This document shows positions 37,016 through 48,050 of a stretch of DNA of 64,000 bases, piece by piece (the stretch's first letter is position 1; each line of letters starts with the position of its first letter). The stretch lies in the NCBI GenBank assembly GCA_964407105.1, contig CAYOUG010000003.1, positions 8,393 to 72,392 of the forward strand, in the 5' to 3' direction. A model generated the notes under the pieces. The model did not search any database, was not told the origin of the DNA, and was given only the letters and a program-made list of their open reading frames with translations. Source of the stretch: an uncultured Candidatus Saccharibacteria bacterium (GTDB taxonomy: Bacteria; Patescibacteriota; Minisyncoccia; Phycocordibacterales; CALRHW01). The translations under genes were made by a program, and so were the position numbers.

Positions 37016-38482
37016 CTACTTATGCCTCATCGTCGGAAACAAAATCACTTCTTTAATATTTTTTGTGTTGGTGAGCACCATAATGAGTCGGTCGATACCA
37101 ATTCCCACACCTCCTGCTGGTGGCATACCATATTCCATTGCTTCGATAAAATCCTCGTCAGTACTTTGAGCTTCTGTGTCCCCCTTTTGTTTATTTTCTT
37201 CTTGTTTTGCAAAACGTTCTCGTTGATCAAGCGGATCATTAAGTTCTGAAAATGCTTTTACAAGTTCTACCCCACCTATCACAAGCTGAAATACATCTAC
37301 AAGAGCATTATTATTTTCTTTCTTTTTAGCGAGCGGAAGATAGTCGGCAGGATAATCTACAATAAAAGTGGGTTGAATAAGTTTTGGTCGACAGGTTTTT
37401 TTATAAATATTATCGATAATTTTTTGCACAGGATCACTTGGATCTACTTTTACACCAAGTTGTTGTGCTTTATTGCGCGCCTCATCGAGCGTCATTGATT
37501 CGGGATTTGAAATGAGTGCGTAACGTTTTAGTAAATCGAGATACGAAATAACTGAAAACTTTTTTGAAAAATCGATTACGTTTCCATCAAATTCTATCTC
37601 CGTTTTCTTAAAAATTTTCTTTACAATAGTCTTGATCATTTTTTCAACGAGTTTCATTTGGCCACTTTTATCACTGTAGCTTTCGTAAAACTCAAGCATC
37701 GTAAACTCAGGATTGTGAGTCATATCGATACCTTCATTACGGAAATTACGATTGATTTCATACACTTTTGGAAAACCGCCGATAAGTAGCTTTTTTAAAT
37801 AAAGCTCTGGAGCAACACGCAAAAAGAGATCCATATCGAGCGCATTGTGATGTGTTTTAAAAGGCTCAGCACTTGCTCCCCCAGGAAGAGGCTGAAGCAT
37901 TGGTGTTTCTACTTCGAGAAAATCTGCTTTATCTAAAAACGTTCGAAGTTCGCGCACAAGATTTGAACGTAGTACAAAACGTTCTTTTACCTCCGGAGAC
38001 ATGAGGGTATCTAGATATCGACGACGAAAACGTTCGTCGGGATCTTGCAAACCACTCCATTTTTCTGGAAGCGGTCGAAGTCCTTTTGAAAGCATGGTCC
38101 AACCAAAAACTTGTAATGTTTTTTCTCCGCGCGCCGTAGTGAAAAGCGGACCATTCATTTGTACAAAATCTCCCACATCTGTAGTGTTTATAAAAAGATC
38201 AAATTGATCGTCTGGAAGCTCGCCCTTTTTAATGAGACCTTGAAAACGACCAGTACCATCGTCAAGTGTAAAAAAAGCAAGCGCCCCCTGAAGTCGCAAA
38301 GACATTATGCGTCCACACAAAGCAATGTTTTTTTTATTTCTTGCTAACGTTTCAAACTTTTTTGAAACATCTGCGAGAGAATAATCGTACTGTGAATTTA
38401 TTGGATATGGATTAACACCGGCTTTTTTTAAAGCATCTAATTTTCCTATTCTTATGTTTCGTATCTCTTCAAATGAAGACAT
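37016..38482 (-). CDS. lysS: Lysine--tRNA ligase (class II)
   Basis: OB-fold, RRRYLD, LEVETPML, FRNEG, HNPEFTMLEFY, YGMPPAGGVGIGIDRL. Confidence 0.97.
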   Translation of the reverse strand: MSSFEEIRNIRIGKLDALKKAGVNPYPINSQYDYSLADVSKKFETLARNKKNIALCGRIMSLRLQGALAFFTLDDGTGRFQGLIKKGELPDDQFDLFINTTDVGDFVQMNGPLFTTARGEKTLQVFGWTMLSKGLRPLPEKWSGLQDPDERFRRRYLDTLMSPEVKERFVLRSNLVRELRTFLDKADFLEVETPMLQPLPGGASAEPFKTHHNALDMDLFLRVAPELYLKKLLIGGFPKVYEINRNFRNEGIDMTHNPEFTMLEFYESYSDKSGQMKLVEKMIKTIVKKIFKKTEIEFDGNVIDFSKKFSVISYLDLLKRYALISNPESMTLDEARNKAQQLGVKVDPSDPVQKIIDNIYKKTCRPKLIQPTFIVDYPADYLPLAKKKENNNALVDVFQLVIGGVELVKAFSELNDPLDQRERFAKQEENKQKGDTEAQSTDEDFIEAMEYGMPPAGGVGIGIDRLIMVLTNTKNIKEVILFPTMRHK

Positions 38483-38503
38483 TTGGAGAATTGATTAGTG
38501 AGT

Positions 38504-38971
38504 TTATTTAATCTCGACTACCTTATACTTTATCACACCTCCGGGAGTAGAGACAGAAAAGATTTCGTCTTTTTTGCGACCAATAAGCGCAGCGCCTAGT
38601 GGAGATGTCATGGATATTTTTTTTAAAGACATATCTGCTTCTTCAGAACCGACGATAGTATAAACCTGAGACTCTTTTTCTTTATCTTTTTGTATCACAA
38701 CAACCGAACCAACATCAACAGAACTTGTATCGTGAGTTTTTACAATTACCGATGTCTTTAAAATTGCTTCGAGTTTTGAAATACGATCTTCAATATTTGC
38801 TTGCATGTCTCGCGCTTCGTGATATTCGGCATTTTCAGAAAGATCACCGAGAGATTTTGCGTACTCAAGACTCTCGGCGACTTCTTTACGACGCGTAGTT
38901 TTGAGTTCTACAAGTTCATCTTTGAACTGTTCGAATTTCTCTTGTGTTAAATAATGTTTCTCGTCTTTCAT
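38504..38971 (-). CDS. greA: Transcription elongation factor GreA
   Basis: GDLSENAEYHEAR, IVGSEEAD, SPLGAALIG. Confidence 0.96.
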   Translation of the reverse strand: MKDEKHYLTQEKFEQFKDELVELKTTRRKEVAESLEYAKSLGDLSENAEYHEARDMQANIEDRISKLEAILKTSVIVKTHDTSSVDVGSVVVIQKDKEKESQVYTIVGSEEADMSLKKISMTSPLGAALIGRKKDEIFSVSTPGGVIKYKVVEIK

Positions 38972-39059
38972 AGCTGTGTGTTCGTACTTAATGCAAAGTA
39001 TTGTATAGGGTTAGAGCACCAAAGTCAATTATCTTGTCACTCTCTGTGTTGTATAGTTT

Positions 39060-40781
39060 TTAATTTGATATACCGAGATATTCTGGCGAATTTATTTTCA
39101 TCCAATCAAGGAGTTGACGCATCACATAAGTGGCACCGAGCTGATTTGTACGAGCACCTTTTTCAAGAATAATAGCGAAAGAATATTTAGGATTATCATA
39201 AGGAAAAAAACCGGTTACCCAAGAATTAACGAGAAGTTTTGAAACACCGAGCTCAGCAGTACCAGTCTTTGCCGCCACCGCCACATAAGGCAAATTAAGT
39301 GCTCCTGCGGTCACAGTAAAAACCGCTTCACGCATTCCCTCTTGTACTATTTTAAAATACCCATCATCTATCGTAACCTCTCTTACTGAGGTTTTTGTGG
39401 GATGTGTTTTTTTGTCTAAAATTGTTGGTGTGAGCAATGTTCCTTTATTTGCAATCGCCGCAACACTGCGCGCCTCCTGAATGGGTGTGAGTTGAAAACC
39501 ATATTGACCGATAGATGTGTGGTATGTATCTCCAAGTCTCCAATCATCACCGTCAAACACTTTTTTCTTCCACTCTGGATTTGGAATAATTCCTTCTATT
39601 TCATTTGGCACATCGATACCAGTTTTTTCACCCAAGCCCATCATTCGTACATATTTTTCAATGTTTGTAATACCAAGACCTTTTTGATTTTCAAAACCCC
39701 CTCCGATAGTGTAAAAATATACGTCTGAAGAAAGTGCGAGCGCCTCCCGCATATCCACCCAACCGTGTGCCTTCCAATCTTTAAAAACAGTCTTTTGTGT
39801 TGGGTCATACGGATTAACAAGCTCGAGTGCACCAGTACTTAAAATCTTTTTTTGTGGGTCAATAATTTTTTCAACCAATGCGCCAAGCGCTATAAATGGT
39901 TTAACAATAGAACCGGGTGTATACAAACCAGAAACCGCTCGGTTTAAAAATGGATTATTTGTATCTTTTTGGTATCCCGCAATAATCGCCGAATCTTTTC
40001 CTTGTGTCATAACATTAGAGCTGTATTCTGGAAAACTTGTAAGCGCAAGAATTTCACCTGTGTGTACATCCATTATTACTCCAGCACCACCACGAAAACC
40101 ATATTCTTCAGATGCGTGTTGTATAGCACGATAAAGTTCTTGTTGCACATTAGAATCGATAGACAGCGTAACATTTTTTCCATCAACGGGCGGCTCCACA
40201 ACATTTTGAGATTTTAATTCTCCAAGAGCATTTGTTTCAACTATTCTCACACCATTTTTACCAGAAAGAATATCGTTAAATGTTTTTTCTGCTCCATCTT
40301 TTCCAACATATTCTGTACGATAATAAAAACCAGAATTATCTTTGTCCGGATATTTTAAATAACCAACTATATGTGAGATACCTTGTATTGAAGCAAAAGA
40401 ACGTAATGCAAAATCAGGTTCATCTGGGTTAATAGTATTAAAAGCGAGCTCTACACCATTTCTATCATAAATAATTCCTCGATTTGAAAAAATTGATGTG
40501 TGTTGAAGACGATTATTTTCACTTTGTTCAGCAAAAGCTTCACCACGATGAACCTGAAGAACCCAAATACGCGATAAAAATAAAATGGCAACCAGCATAA
40601 AACATGATCCCAACAACACCATAGTTTTTTTTGATATGGGTTTTTCAAGACGACCCTCAAATTGATAAACATCAAACTGCGGTAAATTACGTGCATCAAT
40701 AAAGATCTCATCTGGGTATATTTCAGAATCAGAGTAAGAACGTCTATGCCTAAATAATTTTATAAATTTTCTCCAAGACAT
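39060..40781 (-). CDS. mrdA: Elongation transpeptidase PBP2
   Basis: RGIIYDRNG, GSIVKP, SSDVYFY, KTGTAE; follows mreBCD. Confidence 0.88.
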   Translation of the reverse strand: MSWRKFIKLFRHRRSYSDSEIYPDEIFIDARNLPQFDVYQFEGRLEKPISKKTMVLLGSCFMLVAILFLSRIWVLQVHRGEAFAEQSENNRLQHTSIFSNRGIIYDRNGVELAFNTINPDEPDFALRSFASIQGISHIVGYLKYPDKDNSGFYYRTEYVGKDGAEKTFNDILSGKNGVRIVETNALGELKSQNVVEPPVDGKNVTLSIDSNVQQELYRAIQHASEEYGFRGGAGVIMDVHTGEILALTSFPEYSSNVMTQGKDSAIIAGYQKDTNNPFLNRAVSGLYTPGSIVKPFIALGALVEKIIDPQKKILSTGALELVNPYDPTQKTVFKDWKAHGWVDMREALALSSDVYFYTIGGGFENQKGLGITNIEKYVRMMGLGEKTGIDVPNEIEGIIPNPEWKKKVFDGDDWRLGDTYHTSIGQYGFQLTPIQEARSVAAIANKGTLLTPTILDKKTHPTKTSVREVTIDDGYFKIVQEGMREAVFTVTAGALNLPYVAVAAKTGTAELGVSKLLVNSWVTGFFPYDNPKYSFAIILEKGARTNQLGATYVMRQLLDWMKINSPEYLGISN

Positions 40782-40784
40782 ATT

Positions 40785-41042
40785 TTAAGAATAAAAAGAA
40801 AGTCTTTTTTTCAAATACAATGATACCAAAAAAACAAGTGACGCATATAAAAGAAAAGGAATTCCCCACCAATGATCGGCAACACCATATAATGCATCAA
40901 AAATGACAGCAAAAAACAATATTTCATAATATGAAGCAAAATAAAAAACAAGAATCGGTACAAGAATACAAAACAACCACCATGGCGCAAAAAAAACAGC
41001 AACACACATGCACAAATCTATAAATATGCGCAATAAACTCAT
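40785..41042 (-). CDS. Small membrane protein at the mreD position (MreD-like)
   Basis: 85-aa hydrophobic protein with FDALYG, between mreC and mrdA. Confidence 0.55.
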   Translation of the reverse strand: MSLLRIFIDLCMCVAVFFAPWWLFCILVPILVFYFASYYEILFFAVIFDALYGVADHWWGIPFLLYASLVFLVSLYLKKRLSFYS

Positions 41043-41046
41043 TTTA

Positions 41047-41844
41047 TTATTTTAAAATTGAAACCAAACGAAGTTCGCCTATGTGTACGGGTGTTTTACA
41101 AAATATTCTTTTAAAAGAATCCGTAGGTACTGATTCGATCGCTTCTACTATAGCCAAAATGTGTGGTACAATGCCCGGCAATATAATTTTATCTCCCTCT
41201 ATAACATCAACATCTTGAGGTACACGTATTTCAAAATTTCCACCCCCAGTACCAACAAGTTCAACCGACAAACTATTTCTATCAACAAGTGCGTCTGTGT
41301 GAGTATCAACGCTTGAAAAAAGCTTAGCTCTAGATGTTTTTTCAAACACCTGATCAATTACACCCAAAACAACTGTATCACTTGCAAACACCATATTACC
41401 AATCGTAACAGCCGAATCCAACCCCACATCAAGTATAAATGTGTCATACGCTGAGTGTGGTGGGCGCACAAGTACGGCAGAAAGTATTGCGGAAATATTT
41501 GTATTACGACCCCAAGATTGTTTAAATTCTTTATTTTCTTGCTCAACCACCGACTGTGCCAATAATTTAATACGAATATCCACCAATTCTTGTTCAAGTG
41601 CCTTATTTTTTTCAACAAGTTTTATGCGCGATAAAAAAAATCCACGAATTGCGCTTGTGTGCTCCATAATAAAATTACCAGAAACCCACAGCGGTCTTCC
41701 TATACCCTGAGACATTTTTGGAAAAAATAATGGCGAAAAAACAGTAAAACATACCACAACAAAAATAACCACACCGATTACTAAAAACGGCATCAAATGT
41801 TTTTTACCTTTTCTATTATTTTGAAGTGGGAAGTTCATCTTCAT
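41047..41844 (-). CDS. mreC: Rod shape-determining protein MreC
   Basis: TM, coiled coil (ENKE) and beta domain (ILDVG, LGVI..V); follows mreB. Confidence 0.88.
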   Translation of the reverse strand: MKMNFPLQNNRKGKKHLMPFLVIGVVIFVVVCFTVFSPLFFPKMSQGIGRPLWVSGNFIMEHTSAIRGFFLSRIKLVEKNKALEQELVDIRIKLLAQSVVEQENKEFKQSWGRNTNISAILSAVLVRPPHSAYDTFILDVGLDSAVTIGNMVFASDTVVLGVIDQVFEKTSRAKLFSSVDTHTDALVDRNSLSVELVGTGGGNFEIRVPQDVDVIEGDKIILPGIVPHILAIVEAIESVPTDSFKRIFCKTPVHIGELRLVSILK

Positions 41845-42892
41845 GAATAATAAGTACCTCTTTAAAACCCTCCAAGTCTTCTAAAATCATACCTGTACCA
41901 CGAGCTACAGCAGTAAGAGGATCTTCCGCAATATATACAGGAATTTTAATATATTCATGAAGCAAAGCATCAAGACCCTTTATAAGTGCACCTCCACCGG
42001 TCAAATAAAGACCTCGATGCATTACGTCAGCAAGAATTTCTGGAGGGGTCGTTTCAAGAACTTCGCGCACCGATTCTACAAGTGTGTCTATAGACTGTGA
42101 AATAGCTTCGCGAATATCTGCATCAGTAATTACAACCTCTTTTGGAAGACCAGTAATAAGATCTCGTCCTTTAATAATTGCCTCCATAGGTACATCCCCA
42201 GGAATTACCGAACCAATCGCGATTTTTACACTCTCTGCGGTTTTTTCACCAATTAAAATTTTAAATTCACTACGAATATAAGAAATTATATCGCTATTAA
42301 GTTTGTCTCCTGCGATTCGCAAATTTTTTGAACACACCACACCCCCAAGAGAAATGACAGCGATGTCTGAGGTGCCTCCACCGATATCTAAAACCATACT
42401 TCCCACCGGATCCATCACCGGCAAACGAATACCAATAGCCGCCGCCACTGGCTCCTCTACAATATGCACCTCGCGAGCGCCAGCATTTTTTGTAGCATCA
42501 CGCACTGCACGTATTTCAACACTTGTAATACCAGACGGCACTCCCACCACAACGCGAGGACCAAAAAAAGTTCGGGTGTCTTTTTGCGCTTGATTTAATA
42601 AATACGCGATCATTTCTTCGGTTATTTCAAAATCAGAAATAACACCGTCAACTAAGGGACGCACCGCTACAATATGTCCAGGCGTACGACCAAGCATTTG
42701 TTTTGCTTGATTGCCTATCGCCACAACACGCCCAGTTTTTTGATTAACCGCAACCACAGATGGTTCATTGAGCACGACACCTCTACCCTTCATATAAACA
42801 AGAGTATTTGCCGTACCCAAATCAATTCCAATATCGTTGGAAAAGAGTGTATAGAATCTTTCTATCTTTTTTTTCAGTCGTGACAGCCACAT
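41816..42892 (-). CDS. mreB: Rod shape-determining protein MreB (operon copy)
   Basis: IGIDLGTANT, EPSVVA, DIGGGTSD, LTGGGAL. Confidence 0.95.
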   Translation of the reverse strand: MWLSRLKKKIERFYTLFSNDIGIDLGTANTLVYMKGRGVVLNEPSVVAVNQKTGRVVAIGNQAKQMLGRTPGHIVAVRPLVDGVISDFEITEEMIAYLLNQAQKDTRTFFGPRVVVGVPSGITSVEIRAVRDATKNAGAREVHIVEEPVAAAIGIRLPVMDPVGSMVLDIGGGTSDIAVISLGGVVCSKNLRIAGDKLNSDIISYIRSEFKILIGEKTAESVKIAIGSVIPGDVPMEAIIKGRDLITGLPKEVVITDADIREAISQSIDTLVESVREVLETTPPEILADVMHRGLYLTGGGALIKGLDALLHEYIKIPVYIAEDPLTAVARGTGMILEDLEGFKEVLIIHEDELPTSK

Positions 42893-42898
42893 ATATGT

Positions 42899-44164
42899 TT
42901 AGAATTTCTGCAATACCGCACGTGCATTACTCTCCTCAATATCTTTAAGAGCACACATTTCTGTTTTATTTGTTTTTCGTATTTTTACTTCAACAGAATT
43001 TTTTTCAAGAGTTTTTTCACTAATCACAAGACGAAATGGTATACCGATTAAATCCGAATCAGCAAATTTTTCTCCAGCACGCACATTGCGATCATCAAAA
43101 AGAACTTCAACGCCTTGGGTTTGAAGTGTATTGTAAAGAGAAAGTGCTTTTTCTTTAACTTCTTCGCTTTCACCCACCGCCACAAGATGCACCAAAAATG
43201 GCGCAACACATTCTGGCCAAATAATACCCGCTTCATCTCCAAGCACTTCTGCGATAGTGCCCATAAGACGACCGATACCTATACCATAGCTTCCCATAAC
43301 AACCGGCTGTGGTTTGCCCTGTTCATCTAAGTAAGTAAGTTCAAACGCATCGGAAAAACGCGTACCCAAATTAAAAATATTTCCGACTTCAATGGCTGTT
43401 TTTTCTTCAAGTTTTGAATTACCACATTCTGGACACACAGAGTGTTCTTGAATAATTTCCTTATTTACTGCCACCCTACACTTTTCACAGACAAAAATAG
43501 TATCTTCGCCAGATTGAGTTATTGTTTGAAACTCATGAGAATATTTACTAAAACTACCACCAGAAGCAAAAGTTAGATATGTAAAATCACCAAGACCAAC
43601 TGTGTTAAAAATATTTTTATATACCTCTTTCATTTTTTCATAAAACACCAATCGATCATCTTCATTTTTTGAAAATGAATAAAGATCTTTCATTAAAAAT
43701 TCTCGCCCACGAAGCATGCCACTCTTAGAACGTGCTTCATTTCTAAATTTTGTTTGAAATTGATAAGGGTAACATGGCAAATCACGATATGAATGAATGT
43801 AGTTTTTCATAAGTGCAGTAAGTGGTTCTTCGTGTGTTGTGGCGAGTCCAATCTCGCTACCATTTTTAAGTTGTGTTTTAAACCACACATCAAGCACCTC
43901 ATCATTCCATCGGCCACTTTTTTGCCACACCTCTTTGTCTTGTAGTGCTGTTAAAAATATTTCTTGCCCACCAACCTTATTCATTTCATCACGCACCACC
44001 TGCGTAATTTTTTGCATCACACGCACACCGAGCGGAAGAAGAGAATACACTCCTGCCATTTCTTTATGAATAAATCCTGCACGAATGAGAAGTTCTGCGT
44101 TTTTTGACACCTCATCTTTTGGCGCTTCTTTTCGTGTTTTTGTAAAAAGTAAAGACTGTAACAT
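42899..44164 (-). CDS. proS: Proline--tRNA ligase (short form, no editing domain)
   Basis: THEE, KFRNEAR, REFLMKDLYSF, IEVGNIF.LG, MGSYGIGIGRL and anticodon domain. Confidence 0.93.
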   Translation of the reverse strand: MLQSLLFTKTRKEAPKDEVSKNAELLIRAGFIHKEMAGVYSLLPLGVRVMQKITQVVRDEMNKVGGQEIFLTALQDKEVWQKSGRWNDEVLDVWFKTQLKNGSEIGLATTHEEPLTALMKNYIHSYRDLPCYPYQFQTKFRNEARSKSGMLRGREFLMKDLYSFSKNEDDRLVFYEKMKEVYKNIFNTVGLGDFTYLTFASGGSFSKYSHEFQTITQSGEDTIFVCEKCRVAVNKEIIQEHSVCPECGNSKLEEKTAIEVGNIFNLGTRFSDAFELTYLDEQGKPQPVVMGSYGIGIGRLMGTIAEVLGDEAGIIWPECVAPFLVHLVAVGESEEVKEKALSLYNTLQTQGVEVLFDDRNVRAGEKFADSDLIGIPFRLVISEKTLEKNSVEVKIRKTNKTEMCALKDIEESNARAVLQKF

Positions 44165-44215
44165 GCATAGATAGTATCACTAAAGGAGGTGGTGGGTCAA
44201 AAAAAGATTTTTATT

Positions 44216-45577
44216 TTATTTCTCTGGCACATCAAAAATAGAGGGGTGCAAATCATTACCAGCCACTAGATTAGCGATACGCCGACCACCATATATAGAG
44301 GGCAAAATACCAATACCATTGCAACCGAGGTTATACATCAACACTGGATTTTTTGGCTCTACACCAATCAGTCGAACATAGTTTTTGGTATAACCCATGA
44401 GTCCGTGCCACGTAAACTCATACTCAACTTTTTTGTTTGGATCAGTATCGTAAACACGTTTTACAAATTCGTCTATTTTTTCTGCCATTTCGTCTGGAAA
44501 ATTTGTATCAAATGAATAAAGATTACTGTCGTCTAAATCAAGTTCTGGACCACCTATTGAAATAATATTGTGATGATTGTTTGCCTCCATCTCGTACGCT
44601 CGACGTGTAAGATAAAAATACGGATCAGTGGGTGTTTGATCTGAATTAAAATAACTAATAGCAATTGGTGATTTGTTCATTTTCTCCAAATACCCAGACA
44701 TGTATCCCACCGTACCACTCACGAGATGATGAAATTTTGTATCAATATCAAGGCCAGATTCATTTAAAATAGTGATACTTTCAAAACCGTTGGTACAAAA
44801 AACTACACGGTGTGTGGTAATAGTACATATACCAGCGTCTAAAATAGCTTCGTCTTTTTTTAATACCACCTTATTTATCGTTGTGTGCTCGTATAATGAA
44901 AAACGATCTGGAAATTTTTGAAGTAAATAAAGCACAACCTCTTCACAAAACAAAGCGCTGTTTACACAGCCTTTTTGATCAGACAAAACCGCAATAAAAT
45001 CTGTGGATTCTGTTTCGAGTTTAGAAAGAATTTCTTTTTTGGGTACGGTTGTATATAAACCATCGTATTCATCAGAAATATTGTGCAAAAAATCAGCATC
45101 ATCCGCAATCAATATTTGTTCAGCATAAAGCCCGGCTTCTCTACGATAATAATTATTTTTTAAATTAAATATAACTTGATCACTTGTGGAAAGACCCGCA
45201 TGACCCAAAAAACGAGAAAATGGAATATTTAAATGTGCATCCGTATACATTTCATCAATAAGTTCCCATGCACTTTCTACAGCACGTTGACCATCTCTAG
45301 CAAGTTCAAGACCAAACTCTTCTACCAAACTCGCAAAACCTCGTTCAAAATAACTCACAACCTGTCCAGCGTTGTGTCCCGTGGCACCGTGGGCGAGTTT
45401 AAAACGATCTACCATCGTTACTTTTTTATCTGTGTATTTAAGAATAAAAAAAGCGGTTGATACACCAGCGATGCCAGCACCTATCACTGCAACATCTGTT
45501 TCAATATCAGCGTGAAGTGTCGTGCTTTGTCTATCTTTTCGAAGTTGATGGATCCACGGCGATCGATTTTTTTTCAT
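44216..45577 (-). CDS. FAD-dependent oxidoreductase (DAO/PuuB-like)
   Basis: VAVIGAGIAG, GATGHNAG, WHGLMGYT, GCNGIG. Confidence 0.82.
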   Translation of the reverse strand: MKKNRSPWIHQLRKDRQSTTLHADIETDVAVIGAGIAGVSTAFFILKYTDKKVTMVDRFKLAHGATGHNAGQVVSYFERGFASLVEEFGLELARDGQRAVESAWELIDEMYTDAHLNIPFSRFLGHAGLSTSDQVIFNLKNNYYRREAGLYAEQILIADDADFLHNISDEYDGLYTTVPKKEILSKLETESTDFIAVLSDQKGCVNSALFCEEVVLYLLQKFPDRFSLYEHTTINKVVLKKDEAILDAGICTITTHRVVFCTNGFESITILNESGLDIDTKFHHLVSGTVGYMSGYLEKMNKSPIAISYFNSDQTPTDPYFYLTRRAYEMEANNHHNIISIGGPELDLDDSNLYSFDTNFPDEMAEKIDEFVKRVYDTDPNKKVEYEFTWHGLMGYTKNYVRLIGVEPKNPVLMYNLGCNGIGILPSIYGGRRIANLVAGNDLHPSIFDVPEK

Positions 45578-45604
45578 GAAATACTTCTTAAAAACTTTTA
45601 AAAA

Positions 45605-46699
45605 TTAAAATAATTTAATAATGTCGTGAAGAGTTACTACCGCCATAAGAATAAGTAGAAGTAAAAAACCAATACCGTTTGCAGTATTAAGTATTTTAGC
45701 ACTGATTGGTTTTCCTTTTATTTTTTCAACAAGTACAAAAAGGAGTCGTCCACCATCTAGTGCTGGAAAAGGAAGAAGATTAATAACAGCAAGATTGATT
45801 GAAATAAATGCTGTAAAAGAAAGAAGTGTAATAAAACCAAGCGCTGACGCATCACCCACCATTCCTACAATTCCCACAGGACCGGTCACTTGAGAAAAAT
45901 CTCCTCTTCCTGTAACGGCGTCATACAAAAATGAAGCCAAACCAACCGTAATAGCTTTTGTAAGATTTGTTGTGCTTTTGGCACCTTCCCAAAGTGCAAG
46001 ATGTATAGGCAAACGCAACGTACCAATCATATCCATGGACACACCTATAGCTTTTCTGTCTTGCACAATTCCATCCGCAGGAGTCACCGCAGACTCAAAT
46101 TTTTCTTCACCACGCAAATGATCAATGGTTATTTTTTCATTTTCATGATTTTTAATAAATTCAGAAACAGTATCCGGAGTAATATTTGAAAGTTCAAGTG
46201 TACCAGCACTCACCGCCACAATAGCGTCACCTGTTTTTATATTTGACTGAGATGCAGGAGAATTTTCCGCAACACTCGTTATCACCACCCGAGCATTTTC
46301 TACCGTTCCCACGCTAGTAGATCCTACCGGTGTCGGCAAACCAGACATAAAACCAATCGAGATAAGAAGCCAAGCAAAAATAACATTAAAAGAAACACCC
46401 GCCACAAGCACAAGCGCTTGTATCCATTTTGGTTTATTTACAAAACTTCTTTTACTTTCTGGGCCTTGTGTCGATTCTTCATCTGGATTTTCCCCAAAAA
46501 TTTTAACGAAACCACCAAAAGGAATTGCGTTCAATGTAAAATCAGTTTCTTTCCAGCGAAAAAGTGTGGCAATTTTTGGAGGAAAACCGATACCAAACTC
46601 AGTTACTTTTATCCCCGATTTTACCGCCACAATAAAATGACCAAATTCATGCACCAAAATAAGAAGGGCTAAAATAACAATAAAAATAATGACAGACAT
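45605..46699 (-). CDS. rseP: RIP metalloprotease RseP (M50 with PDZ)
   Basis: HEFGH, IPFGGFV, PDZ (SPA...GD.I), NLLPFPALDGG. Confidence 0.93.
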   Translation of the reverse strand: MSVIIFIVILALLILVHEFGHFIVAVKSGIKVTEFGIGFPPKIATLFRWKETDFTLNAIPFGGFVKIFGENPDEESTQGPESKRSFVNKPKWIQALVLVAGVSFNVIFAWLLISIGFMSGLPTPVGSTSVGTVENARVVITSVAENSPASQSNIKTGDAIVAVSAGTLELSNITPDTVSEFIKNHENEKITIDHLRGEEKFESAVTPADGIVQDRKAIGVSMDMIGTLRLPIHLALWEGAKSTTNLTKAITVGLASFLYDAVTGRGDFSQVTGPVGIVGMVGDASALGFITLLSFTAFISINLAVINLLPFPALDGGRLLFVLVEKIKGKPISAKILNTANGIGFLLLLILMAVVTLHDIIKLF

Positions 46700-46730
46700 A
46701 TATTGGTGTACAAATTAGCCCGTGAGGGCT

Positions 46731-47282
46731 TTAGCTCATAATTTCTTTTTCTTTTGCTTCTGCAAACTCTTCAAGTTTTTTGTTGGCATCGTCAACAATT
46801 TTTTGCATTTCATTTTTTAAACGAAATTTTTCATCCTCACCCATTCCGCCAGCTTTTTCGGCGTTTTGAATATCTGCCCACACCTTTTCTCGTTCGGTAC
46901 GCAATGTGACACGTGCTTCTTCAAGTTTTTGTTTTGCCATTTTTACAAAAGCATTACGACTTTCGGTGGTAAGCTCTGGAAAAGTTACGCGTAAACCCTT
47001 GTCGTCTACCGCCACAGACAAACCAAGATTTGATGTGATAATCGCCTTTTCAACCGCTTTTGCTTGTGACATATCCCATGGAGTAATACGCAAACTACGT
47101 GCGCCCTCAATAGAAACACTCCCCACCTGACTAATAGGACTTCTTGCGCCATATACTTCTACAAAAACACCATCAAGAATGTTTGGAGTGGCTCTTCCTG
47201 TGCGTATCGAAGAAAACTCTTTTTTAAGCCACTCTTCGAGATCTTTTATACCCTGTTTAAATGATGCAAAGTTGTATGCCAT
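46731..47282 (-). CDS. frr: Ribosome recycling factor
   Basis: IRTGRA.P..LD, PELT.ESR, KEKEIM. Confidence 0.96.
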   Translation of the reverse strand: MAYNFASFKQGIKDLEEWLKKEFSSIRTGRATPNILDGVFVEVYGARSPISQVGSVSIEGARSLRITPWDMSQAKAVEKAIITSNLGLSVAVDDKGLRVTFPELTTESRNAFVKMAKQKLEEARVTLRTEREKVWADIQNAEKAGGMGEDEKFRLKNEMQKIVDDANKKLEEFAEAKEKEIMS

Positions 47283-47319
47283 ATGGTTTTAAAGATGTTT
47301 TTCTAGTAATACAAAGATT

Positions 47320-48030
47320 TTAACAGATTGGGGTGATAAGCGCTATATGTTCCATAAGCATTTTTACCGATGGAGCTCTATCATAAAGATACTCTCTGAT
47401 CTGAGCAACTTGTTTTAATGCAAAAATTTTTTCTTTATCTAAATTTTTATTCCATTTTGTGTATAAAACAAATTCAAGATTATTTAAAAAATTAATCGCA
47501 CCAATTTTGTCTTTTTCTTCAATAATTTTTTCAAACATAGAAAGTCTAGACGCTTTGGATGCCGAAATAAATTTGGTTACAAGTGTTTTTTGTGTGTCGT
47601 TTTTAGAAAATGAATCGTTGTTTTTAGATAAATGAGAAATCACCATTACGCGAGATAAAACGGTGGGCAATAAAATATCAACAGATGGTACAATAATAAA
47701 AAAGTGTGTATTTTTCGTAGGCTCTTCAAGTATTTTTAAAAGAGAGTTTTGAGCTTCGTGAGTAATAAAATTAAGTGAAATAACAAATATTTTTCGACCG
47801 TTTTCTTCAAAAGATTTACGCGACTGCATATCTTTTAATAAACGTCCATCGTCAATTCCAAAAGACTCATAAGAAATGTGAACAAAATCGGGGTTGCTTT
47901 GGGTTTTATATTGAACATTAGAATTCAAAAAAACAACAAGAGCTTTGTGCACTTCCCCACTTTCACCTTCCAAAACATATGCATGATGAAGATTTTTGGT
48001 TCGCGTGTACACGTCTATCAGATTTTCCAT
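47320..48030 (-). CDS. holB: DNA polymerase III delta-prime-like clamp loader subunit (short)
   Basis: HHAY, NPDF, AQNSLLKILEEP, LLPTVLSR; start at MENLID, 7 nt after TATACT. Confidence 0.72.
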   Translation of the reverse strand: MENLIDVYTRTKNLHHAYVLEGESGEVHKALVVFLNSNVQYKTQSNPDFVHISYESFGIDDGRLLKDMQSRKSFEENGRKIFVISLNFITHEAQNSLLKILEEPTKNTHFFIIVPSVDILLPTVLSRVMVISHLSKNNDSFSKNDTQKTLVTKFISASKASRLSMFEKIIEEKDKIGAINFLNNLEFVLYTKWNKNLDKEKIFALKQVAQIREYLYDRAPSVKMLMEHIALITPIC

Positions 48031-48050
48031 AAACATCAGTATACACCAAA

